Assembly: GCA_019828565.1 (NCBI GenBank)
Contig: JAHDYR010000053.1
Coordinates: 716,172 to 780,171, forward strand
Direction of reading: 5' to 3'
DNA length: 64,000 bases
Source of the DNA: Carpediemonas membranifera BICM
Lineage: Eukaryota > Protista > Fornicata
Shown here: in pieces, positions 1 to 9,240 of the stretch
Layout of the letters: each line of letters begins with the position of its first letter
Position numbering within the stretch: the first letter of the stretch is position 1
Notes under the pieces: model-generated
What the model was told of the DNA's origin: nothing
The model's input: the letters and a program-made list of their open reading frames with translations, nothing else
Databases searched by the model: none
Translations under genes and position numbers: made by a program

Positions 1-536
1 TTCCTGTGGCATCGACGGACTTTGTCGTGAAACAGAAGCTCTCGTGCATTGTGGCAACTGAATCCGTTAACCACGAGGATTGTGCCTATCAGTATAGCTT
101 TGTCGCCTTTATCGCGGTCGCACCAAACTCGGACAAGGTCGTGCTCGCCGACTTCAAGATCCTCAGGCCCGACGGGACCGGAAACATCGCTACACTGCCG
201 TTCAACGGACAGAGGCTCGCTGCGTATCAACGTGCGGTGATTTCGCACGTTAACCGCGTCGTTTCACGATCTTCCTCCCCAGTCGTGAAGAAGTCTGTCC
301 TGCTGGCTCAGACGCTGCATCTGTGCACCGCTTCCCTTGCGGTGGGGCTGTTCTTCCACGGCGAGCTCAGCATCAGACGCGACATCCATCGCCTGGCCCT
401 GTTGACCAACCCCTTCTCGGAGTTCGCGGCGACCGGCCCTAACAATTCACTGTGGCTCAGAGGCCGGCGCCTGCTGCCCCCCATGGAGTGGGTGCAGGCC
501 CGGGGAGGGTCTCCCAGCCTGGTACATGTCCGCTGA
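1..536 (+). CDS. 3' part of a hypothetical protein, truncated by the window edge
   Basis: Open frame from the window start to TGA at 536, with C/G-ending codon bias like neighbouring genes. No family recognised. Confidence 0.45.
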   Translation, partial: PVASTDFVVKQKLSCIVATESVNHEDCAYQYSFVAFIAVAPNSDKVVLADFKILRPDGTGNIATLPFNGQRLAAYQRAVISHVNRVVSRSSSPVVKKSVLLAQTLHLCTASLAVGLFFHGELSIRRDIHRLALLTNPFSEFAATGPNNSLWLRGRRLLPPMEWVQARGGSPSLVHVR

Positions 537-768
537 GGGGGTGTCGATGATATATAAATGCCCCGGTCCGACTACTGTTTTCTCGCTGATTCATTTGGGA
601 GATGGCATGGTTCTTTCGTTGGCCAGACGCACTCATCTAGTCCGCACCTCAAACTACCACAATGCAATGACGATGCCACAATCTCCACTGTTGACCCTGC
701 TCTCTCCCATAAAGCTGCCGCCACGTCTCCAGTCATATTTACATTATACATGTATCGGGCTATCCGGA

Positions 769-1863
769 TTACTCGTCGTTGTTGCCACGAAGCGTGTTGA
801 GGGCAGCAAAGCGTGCCTCAAGGCTCTGCTCCACTGAGCTAAACGGAGAACGCTGACCTGACTGCCCGAAGACGTTGCCCGCGGGTGGCTGAAGGGGGCT
901 AGGTTGTCCGCTCCCGCTGTTGACATTGGGGAACATGGGCTCCTCAGGCTCGGGTCTGACCTCGGGCTGGGGCTCGGGCTTTGGCGAGGGGGGCGGGGGC
1001 TGGGCAGGCTCGCTGGGCGGCATGGGCGGGGGGTTGGACGGCGCCAAGTCCTGGGGTTGCGAGTAGTGCTGAGGCGGGGCCTGAGGCTGCCAGGTCTGGG
1101 CGGCTTGTCCCGAGGGATACATGCCCTGGGCTGCGGCGTAGTACTGCTGCTGCTGGGGCTGTCCGAAGGGGCAGGGATCGACCGTGGACTGCGGAGGGGC
1201 CTGTCGAGGGTCATATGCAGGCTCGACGTTGTAGCTGTGGGTGCCCGGGTTAACGGTGGCAAAGTCTGGCGCGTGAATAGGCTGGGGGTCAGAGGCGATG
1301 TCGGGAAGCTGCTCGTCGGGGATGATGGCCGAAATGTCGATCTGGCGCTCAGCGGCGAGGGTGCGGAGGCTATGCATGACGAGCGACATATCGGGGATCT
1401 TGGCCTGGAGCTTGCTGATCACATAAGGGTCGACGAACCCGTCCTTGTTCTCTAGCACGGACTTGACGAACTTCTTGCCGTACTTCTTCATGAAGTCCTC
1501 CTTGATGACGGCAAACTCCTTGATCTCTGACTCCTTGGAGGCCCAGATGACAGTGCAGACGGCCTCTCTAATAGACTCGGGGCATGCAGGCTCGCTTGTG
1601 ACGAGGTGAAGGCGTGCGGTAATCAGCTCCAAGTATCCTCGGAGGATCTCGTTAGCCTCCATCAGAAACTCCTCGCGAATGATCTGTTCCTGCTTAATTC
1701 TGGGAAGCTGAATGCTCTTCCCCGCCTTCAGGAGGCCGACGATTGCGTTGGTCTCTTGAGAGACAAGGTTCCTTTTCGTGTTCTGGCTGATGTTAATCCG
1801 AGCTTGGGCTTGTGCGATATGCATCTTCAAGTTCAGTTCATCTTTGGAGTTAAACGAGGGCAT
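769..1863 (-). CDS. IST1: IST1 / ESCRT-III regulator of Vps4
   Basis: N-terminal Ist1 domain (EQIIREE...EILRGYLELITARL...IREAVCTVIWA...KKYGKKF) plus a Pro-rich tail ending in MIM1-like LEARFAAL. First ATG is at 1863. Confidence 0.9.
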   Translation of the reverse strand: MPSFNSKDELNLKMHIAQAQARINISQNTKRNLVSQETNAIVGLLKAGKSIQLPRIKQEQIIREEFLMEANEILRGYLELITARLHLVTSEPACPESIREAVCTVIWASKESEIKEFAVIKEDFMKKYGKKFVKSVLENKDGFVDPYVISKLQAKIPDMSLVMHSLRTLAAERQIDISAIIPDEQLPDIASDPQPIHAPDFATVNPGTHSYNVEPAYDPRQAPPQSTVDPCPFGQPQQQQYYAAAQGMYPSGQAAQTWQPQAPPQHYSQPQDLAPSNPPPMPPSEPAQPPPPSPKPEPQPEVRPEPEEPMFPNVNSGSGQPSPLQPPAGNVFGQSGQRSPFSSVEQSLEARFAALNTLRGNNDE

Positions 1864-2245
1864 TTTCTTTCGTTCTTGTTCTTGCTCGTTTGGGTGCGGA
1901 TCGCAGATCTGACCCCAGACTATTTCCGGGAGGCAGTCTGCGAATTGAGTGGATGTTAGAGGTCTGAAGGGAACGCTACCTGACAATGCTCATGGTGTAA
2001 AGTTCAATTTCGCCTCGGTTCCCATTTCAACGCCGTAAATGTGAATGTGAAGATCAGACTGAAGAGAAACTTGCTATCACTATCACTGACAACAGCTAAT
2101 TCTCTTCTGCGGGACCCGCGGGCTGTCGTTGCACCCGCGCACTTTATGCAAAATTCAGCACCGAAATCGGCAGTGATCACAGCTGGCTCCTCATACCAGA
2201 TGCTGCCAAACAATCTTAGTGCAAATTCTCCTATTTCATCTCAAA

Positions 2246-3430
2246 ATGCAAGGCCAGCTCGCTCAGCCGACGAACCCAAATCGATACGCGGGGCTGTTGG
2301 CTTTCCCCCGGTTCCAGCGGATGGCGTGAGCACCATGATCACCCAAAAGACGTTCGAGATTCCACTAATTTACAATGCTAGCCCCAAGTGGCGCACAAGC
2401 ACTGCTGTATGTTTAGATCCACCGTCATTCCCTAACACAGCTCAAGGAGCAGCGGAAAGCCGACTTCCTCCGCGGCACCCAGGAGACCATACGCCAGACC
2501 GTCCAGTATTACAAGACGACAGCCCAGCGCCAGGTCGAGAAGGAGGAGTTTGAGTTCAAGCGAGACAGCAAGGCCGGAAAGATGACCCGGACCGAACTAC
2601 TGGAGAAGAGGCGGCAGGAGGCACTCAACCAGTCCCATAAGAGCCCTCCAGAGTTGCCCAAGTTCACTGGCCTTGACCAGCCATTCTATAACGTTCTCAC
2701 GATGACTGCCCCGCCCGGATCAACGGCCACAACTCGGAACTCAAGGCGAATGGCGATAGCGGCAAAGCACAGGAAGAAGCTGGACTTCACCGACGAGGAG
2801 GAGCCCAGCCGTGACGACCCTCACAAGGTCAACTGGCGAACGAAGACTGTCAGCAACAAGGTCGGCAATAAGATCCCGAGGTTCGATCAGGTTGACGGGC
2901 CGCTGCAGTCAGCGAAGATCCCATACCCCTTCCCGCTCAGGCCGGGCCGAAAGCACTCGGCCAAACCTCGGTTCACGACGACGATCGACCGGACAGATAG
3001 TGAGGTCGGATTCATCGATGCCATGGTCCGAGACGCATCTAATGAGGAGATCATAGGTCCAATGTACTCATCATTTACTCCGGATAACATCTTCCGCGAG
3101 CCCCAGCTCCCAAAGCCCAAGAGAGACGTCCCGCCGATCAACAAGGAGGCGTCAGAGGCAGAGGCAATGATCAGGCCGGTAGAGGCCATTGCACCTGAAG
3201 CACTGGGCCAGAGGATGCAGGCTGTGGTCCTTGGCCGCAGCATTGCACCAAGGGGGTCACGGATCATGCGGTTCGATCTCCAGGCCCTGAAGAGTGGCAG
3301 AGTTGGTGAGAATCCGCGGGTTAGCGATGCCGGGGTGAGGCCTGGGCAGCTCAAGAGGCCCGTGTCATGCCCGCCCGGTTCTGTGCGGATGGGCGGGTTC
3401 GATCGCATGTCTCATCTCTCAGTCAGGTGA
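2246..3430 (+). CDS. Hypothetical protein with two introns (2326-2381, 2407-2440)
   Basis: Removing GTGAGC...ACTAAT...TAG and GTATGT...CTAACACAG joins ATG 2246 in frame to the 2582-3430 ORF. Confidence 0.65.
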
Positions 3431-4102
3431 GTCGAGGCACCCCCGCCAGCCAGCAGCATTGTAAATCTGGAGCGATGGAGTCGGGTTGACTGTAGTTGTG
3501 CGATTTGGCATGAAATATCTGATATTATCTGATATTTGGGTTTGGCTACACCGAGATTTCGGCACTCAAGAAGAAGATGGGATCATCGCACTCCAGAACC
3601 CTTGCTGGTGTCTATACAACCACTCAGGATATCGAAGAGGAATCTAACCAAACGATTGAGCTTACATCGAAGCGCAGGACTCATCGTGCTAGGTAAAAAC
3701 GCTATAGTGAGCTTATTGCGCACGCAATAAAAGGATACAACCGCGAAATCACTGCTTAATGGACGCATCAGTGTTGGCGTAGGAGCTTGTATGAACCAAT
3801 TTCATGCTTCCGCTCGTCATTTGGCTTTTCACACATACATCTTCCAACGAATGGATGGAATTCAGGCACCACTCACTGGCAGACGCGAGGTCTGATTGTG
3901 TACAAAGCAACATAACAATATGGGCCTGGTTCTGTGAACGAGTTTCAGGTGGATTTGGACCCACGTCGGCCGCATAGCAACTCTGATTGAACGACGGTGT
4001 CTTGCGCCAAGTTTTCAAACGATGCCAGTCCAGTATGTCTCAGTGCGATCGCCGCTGACTCATCCAGGGTCTGCCTTCGGACATTGGGTAAACTGCGAGG
4101 CA

Positions 4103-6028
4103 ATGGAGTCTTCGTCAGCCACTTCCCAGATCTATACCCTATTCTCCGAGGAGAACTATGAAGATGTGGTTGAACTATTGACGACACAGTTCATTTCATT
4201 CGAAGATACAGTCGCATACCGCTCCCTTCTTGCGTTCTCGTACTTCCGCCTCCAGAACTTCGAAATGGCCGCTGATCTGTACGAGCAGTTGAGGAAGTCC
4301 GATCCCACGGACGAAAACACCATCCTCAGTCTGATTACCTGCTATTACAAGATCGGCGACTACCAAACCGCCCTCCGACTTGCCACCACCGCCACCGTCT
4401 CCGCAGAGAACGAGCCAGCCCTCAAGCGCCTCCAGGCAGCCATTCGCTACGAGAACAACGACCTCCAAGGAGCTGGCAAGGCCGTCGGGAACTCCCAGGC
4501 GGACCCGATGTCCCTGGTGCAGATGGGGTGCGTCCTGTACAAGGAGCAGAAGTTCAAGGAGGCCAGGGAGAAGTTCGAGGCCGCCCATGAGCTGCACGAC
4601 GAGACGCGGCTGCTGACGCTGTACGCCATCGCGCTATGCTACTACCAGGAGAATGACCTGACCAACGCACGCAGCCTCATCAACGACATCCTCGACGAGG
4701 CCATCAAGCAGTTCCCCGAGGTCGCCCGCTCGACCCGCAGCCAGCGCTCTGTGGGCAACACCTTCGCCCTGGAGCAATCGGCCCTCATCGAGACGTTCAA
4801 CCTTCGTGCAGCCCTCGAGATGAAGAACAAGAACATGTCTGGCGTCATCCGGGCCCTGAACGACATGCCCTTCCGACACGACTCTGAGCTGGACGCCGTG
4901 ACGCTGCACAACAAGGCCCTGGTGCAGATCGACTCGGACCCCAGCGGCGGCTTCCAGAAGCTCCACTTCCTGCTGACAAACCCGCCGTTCCCCCCGGAAA
5001 CGTTCGGCAACCTTCTCCTCATGTACTGCGAGCACGAGCTGTATGATTTGGCAGCAGGCCTGCTTGCCGACAACGGCAACCTAGCAGCCCAATGCCTTAC
5101 CCCAGATAGGGCTCTGTTCCTGAACGCCCTCATCGTGGCCCAGACCAGCCAAGAAGAAGCGTACCACAAGCTTGAGCAGCTCGAGAACCGCCATCTTTCC
5201 GCCCTTAATCAAATGATGAAGCAAATGAACCGAGCGAACGAGGACGCCATGCTCGAATGGGTCAAGAAGTACGAGACCGCGCTCAACGCATACATCCCGG
5301 TGATGTGCAACAAGGAGCGCCTACTGTACGACATCGGCAACTACGCCGCCGTCGAAGCCCACCTCCGCGCCGCCCCTGATCAGGCGACGGAGCACGAGGT
5401 GTGGCGCCTCAACATGGCGCACACGCTGTACGCCGCTGAGAACTACGAGGGCGCGCTCGAGTACTACGGGCCGATCATCGACGACCACGAGGGCCGCCTG
5501 CTGCAGGTTCCCGCCGTCGTGCTGGCCAACACCTGCGTCTGCCACATTATGCTCACTCAGAACGCTGATGCGGAAGAGCTGATGCGCGCTATTGACGCGG
5601 AGGAGCGTGCTGCAATGGAGCGGAGTGACGCCAAGCCGTACTTCCATCTCACTATCGTCAATCTCGTCATTGGAACGCTATACTGCGTGAAGAACAACAT
5701 GGCGTTCGGTGTCGAGCGCGTGCTGAAGGCGATGGATCCGCCGGACCAGAAGATCTCGGCCGACACGTGGCTGCACGTCAAGCTGCCCATCCTGGCGCTC
5801 ATTGACGAGCTCAGCAAGAACATCACGAGCATCACCTCGAGGCTACTGGACGATATCATCGACTTCCTGACCCAGGCAGAGTCGGTGGGGCAGGACGTCA
5901 GCACCGTGATCAGTTCAACAGAGAGCGGGCTGCTCGAGGGGCAGGAGGACGCCATGCCGACGTTCAGGACGATTGGCGAGGAGGCAAGAATGTTTAAGAG
6001 GCTGTTTATACGGTATAAGCTCATGTAA
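4103..6028 (+). CDS. TTC30: TTC30/IFT70 (fleer/DYF-1) intraflagellar transport TPR protein
   Basis: Family motifs DMPFRHDSELDAVTLHN, NPPFPPETFGNLLLMYC, WRLNMAH, ANTCVCHIM...AEELMR, HLTIVNLVIGTLYC. Confidence 0.93.
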   Translation: MESSSATSQIYTLFSEENYEDVVELLTTQFISFEDTVAYRSLLAFSYFRLQNFEMAADLYEQLRKSDPTDENTILSLITCYYKIGDYQTALRLATTATVSAENEPALKRLQAAIRYENNDLQGAGKAVGNSQADPMSLVQMGCVLYKEQKFKEAREKFEAAHELHDETRLLTLYAIALCYYQENDLTNARSLINDILDEAIKQFPEVARSTRSQRSVGNTFALEQSALIETFNLRAALEMKNKNMSGVIRALNDMPFRHDSELDAVTLHNKALVQIDSDPSGGFQKLHFLLTNPPFPPETFGNLLLMYCEHELYDLAAGLLADNGNLAAQCLTPDRALFLNALIVAQTSQEEAYHKLEQLENRHLSALNQMMKQMNRANEDAMLEWVKKYETALNAYIPVMCNKERLLYDIGNYAAVEAHLRAAPDQATEHEVWRLNMAHTLYAAENYEGALEYYGPIIDDHEGRLLQVPAVVLANTCVCHIMLTQNADAEELMRAIDAEERAAMERSDAKPYFHLTIVNLVIGTLYCVKNNMAFGVERVLKAMDPPDQKISADTWLHVKLPILALIDELSKNITSITSRLLDDIIDFLTQAESVGQDVSTVISSTESGLLEGQEDAMPTFRTIGEEARMFKRLFIRYKLM

Positions 6029-6496
6029 AGGGTAATAATCCAAGGCCGTTATAGTGGTGCACGTTGGGTCGCGCCTGACATCTCACCTGACCCACATCTG
6101 TTCGCATGGTTGTCAGTAGGTTACCCATCCAAATCTGTTACACTGTTGCATCGATTCGGCGAACGTCGGTGGGATTGTTCGGAGGATGACCCTTGAGCAA
6201 GCGAAGAACGTCACGTTTGGTGGAGAAAAAAGCTTGCTAGCACTCTACTAAGCATAAACTAGTCGAGCTCCGAGCGAAATATTGGAATGTTCTGTTCTCA
6301 GGATGACGCAGTTTTGGCCATTCCCGCCAGTCAATATTTTGTGGTGATTTTAATGCGCCTGCATCCTGCAAGTCCTGCAAATATGAGGGGAGCGGGGTAG
6401 TGAGACACGTATGTACTTTCCTGGCGGCCTAGAATAGTTAAAGCCATTTTTTCCAAGAGGGTTTAGACTCCTAAGGCCGAAGACCTGGATCGAAGA

Positions 6497-6913
6497 ATGC
6501 CCGCCACTACAGCTGCGCAGAAGGTTAGAAAGGGTTCCAAGCTCACTATGACCAAGAAGACCCGCTCCACGGTTCACTTCCACCGCCCCAAGACTCTTGC
6601 TCTTGCCCGCAACCCCAAGTACGCCCGCCGTGCCGTTCCCCAGCCCGCTCCTATGGACAAGTTCAACATCCTTCGTTTCCCCGTCACTACTGAGGCTGCC
6701 ATGAAGATGGTTGAGGACGAGAACACCATTGTCTTCCTTGTTGACCGCCGTGCGAACAAGGGTGCGATCGCTCAGGCTTTCAAGTCCTGCTACGAGATCT
6801 CCCCTGCCCGCGTCAACACCCTCATCAAGCCCGATGGCTCGAAGAAGGCCTTTGTACGTATCCCGGCTGGCACCGCCGCCGTTGATGTGGCTTCCAAGGT
6901 TGGCCTTCTTTAA
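6497..6913 (+). CDS. RPL23A: 60S ribosomal protein L23a/L25 (uL23)
   Basis: FHRPKTL..RNPKY, PVTTEAAMKMVEDENTIVFLVD, VNTLIKPDGSKKAFVR. Confidence 0.97.
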   Translation: MPATTAAQKVRKGSKLTMTKKTRSTVHFHRPKTLALARNPKYARRAVPQPAPMDKFNILRFPVTTEAAMKMVEDENTIVFLVDRRANKGAIAQAFKSCYEISPARVNTLIKPDGSKKAFVRIPAGTAAVDVASKVGLL

Positions 6914-7616
6914 ATGACCTCTGCGTCCGCGATTGCGTTGTGGGTAAATGAGATAGGCTTGGCTTTCCCGCAGGTGTCAGTGCCTGAGTCTAGATCGGGC
7001 CGTGGCAGTCAAACGCAGGTGTTGATCGAGTCTGAATTCAAATCTGTTCGCACTTGGATGAATTTGCAAGAGAATGACACAGTGCGTTCAGTAGCAGTCC
7101 GAACATCATCAGTCCTGGCTTTCCCTGGGTGGTCGGTCCTCAATCATCACAAACAGAAAATTTATGTCAGCTGATGCCATGTTGATTCTTCACAAATAAA
7201 TGCAAGCGCGGGCGAAATGAATGCACTTGTTGGCCGCATTCGTCGGTGCGGGTCATTTCAGAAAACGTGACTCATGCCTGCTTCTGGCTGTGGGGAAACA
7301 ACGAAAGGGGCGGGGAGTGTATGTCGTCGCTTGGGCTCTCTTTTGCGGTTGCTTGACTCCGGAGACACGGTGATGAAGACAGCTCTTGTCAGAAGCTCTC
7401 GTTAGGTGCCAACTAAGGTGCGCATTCGAAGACCTATACCAGTCCACTGTTGGCTCATCCCTGGCCATTGTGTCCGGTTTATTCATGTTGCGACCTAAGC
7501 TCCTTTCCGACCCTTGGTCAGAATCCAGAATTTCGCAGAATATGAAACGACAGTTTGTCGTGATGATGGCCCCGAGATTGCTTGTAAAAAAACGCTAACG
7601 ACACAGCGACGCTTGA

Positions 7617-8990
7617 ATGTCTCAATATTGCAAACGATTGATCAGCTGGACCCTTGTATTCTTCACGTGGCTTTCCCTATATGCTATCACAATTGTGGCA
7701 GTGCAGAAATGGGCTGAACTAACAAAGGATCCTCCAAAACCCACACTACATAGCTTCCAAGGCCGCGACTGGACAACAGAGAGACAGTTTGGTCTGTTTA
7801 TTGCCACTGTGGCAACAGGATGGCTAGTTCATAGCCGCATATCCTCCAGAGCAATGCTCCAAAATGAGACGGTGAGACGCACTAGAACCGTTGATCGTGC
7901 GGACGGTGACCTCAACAGATCGTTAGAACGCGCAAAGCGGTCTGAGGTCTTCCCCGTGAGCGGGGTCGAGTTTACCATCGTTGGGAACACCACAGATCCA
8001 TACTATTTCCCGCAGCTCATTCCCTGCGACAATATTACGACGGACCGGCTTCACCCCTGCCCCCTGGTCGCCCCAGGCACGTGGCCATGGCCGAACAAAG
8101 CAGTGGATGGTCCCAAACCGACTGAGAAGAACACGTTCTTCTATCTAGCAGAGGTGTTCACTGCTAGTCAAGACGGGGCGGTTAAGCCCATCCGCCTTTT
8201 CCCCACCTTCCAGGAGGGGACTAGGGCCGGCAAATTGGAGCAGAAGACGTATAACAAGGATGAGCTGGAGAGGTCCTTTAACCCTGGGCCAGGGCAAGCA
8301 GCCAAGCTAGTCTACCGCCCCCTCATCCCGGTCTGGTATCGCTACAGTTTCTTATCCAGGGTCCGACTCGTGAGAGAAGGGGATCGAAGGCGGCTCCAGC
8401 CACTGGCGGCACCCAGCTACACCGACTCTCTCATGTCCGACATCGACCTCGACTGGATTGGCCCTGGTTTCTTGGCGCACGTAGTTGACAGCCCGAAGTT
8501 CCTTTCGTCGTATAAGATGATCTTGGAACTCGAGCTTGCCTACCTCACAAGTTGGGTAACCATGATGCCTGAGGTGAACGACGATGATGAAACAAAGCTG
8601 TGGGTTTTTTTACTCGAATCAGTTGCCACCAGAGCCAAGCTGAGCGACGGGTTATGTGGGAAAGGAAAAGACAGTAACGGTACACGGTATCAAGAGAAGG
8701 TGAAGCCCTGCAAGCGATGCCGCGAGAAGAACAACGAGGTAGTGAGGCTGGCCGGAGACTTGCTGAAAATCGCCCGGACGCGTGCCCCAGCTCCAGCAGA
8801 TTCAAGCAATCGCCCAACTTTCAGTTCCTACTGGAGTCATCATGAGACCCCGGCGGAAGTCTTGATGGCTGGTCAGGAGCGTGTCGACCAACCAACCAGA
8901 CCAACACCAACATCAGTCGTGATGGAACGAACGGATGGAACGAGAAAGGCCGCTGGAGCGCCATTCCAGGACAGTAAAAGAGCGAACTAG
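7617..8990 (+). CDS. Hypothetical protein with N-terminal hydrophobic segments
   Basis: 457-aa ORF with two hydrophobic stretches near the N terminus. No family recognised. Confidence 0.5.
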   Translation: MSQYCKRLISWTLVFFTWLSLYAITIVAVQKWAELTKDPPKPTLHSFQGRDWTTERQFGLFIATVATGWLVHSRISSRAMLQNETVRRTRTVDRADGDLNRSLERAKRSEVFPVSGVEFTIVGNTTDPYYFPQLIPCDNITTDRLHPCPLVAPGTWPWPNKAVDGPKPTEKNTFFYLAEVFTASQDGAVKPIRLFPTFQEGTRAGKLEQKTYNKDELERSFNPGPGQAAKLVYRPLIPVWYRYSFLSRVRLVREGDRRRLQPLAAPSYTDSLMSDIDLDWIGPGFLAHVVDSPKFLSSYKMILELELAYLTSWVTMMPEVNDDDETKLWVFLLESVATRAKLSDGLCGKGKDSNGTRYQEKVKPCKRCREKNNEVVRLAGDLLKIARTRAPAPADSSNRPTFSSYWSHHETPAEVLMAGQERVDQPTRPTPTSVVMERTDGTRKAAGAPFQDSKRAN

Positions 8991-9240
8991 CTCATGAAAG
9001 GGCGAGGACAGCACTTCCAACTGGGGGCATTGACATTACTACGGGGCAGTCGGTCATGATATTGTGACCAGCGTGATGTGAGCGTGATCTACTGACAGGC
9101 GTGATCAGATGCACGACCAAATTACTGCCGGTCTCACTCATGAGCCCACCATGCGTGTCCTTCCAAAGGCAACAATTACCCTTTATTGTGATAAATACTG
9201 ATACGCACAGATGTCACACGAGAGAGACTTATAAATGAGA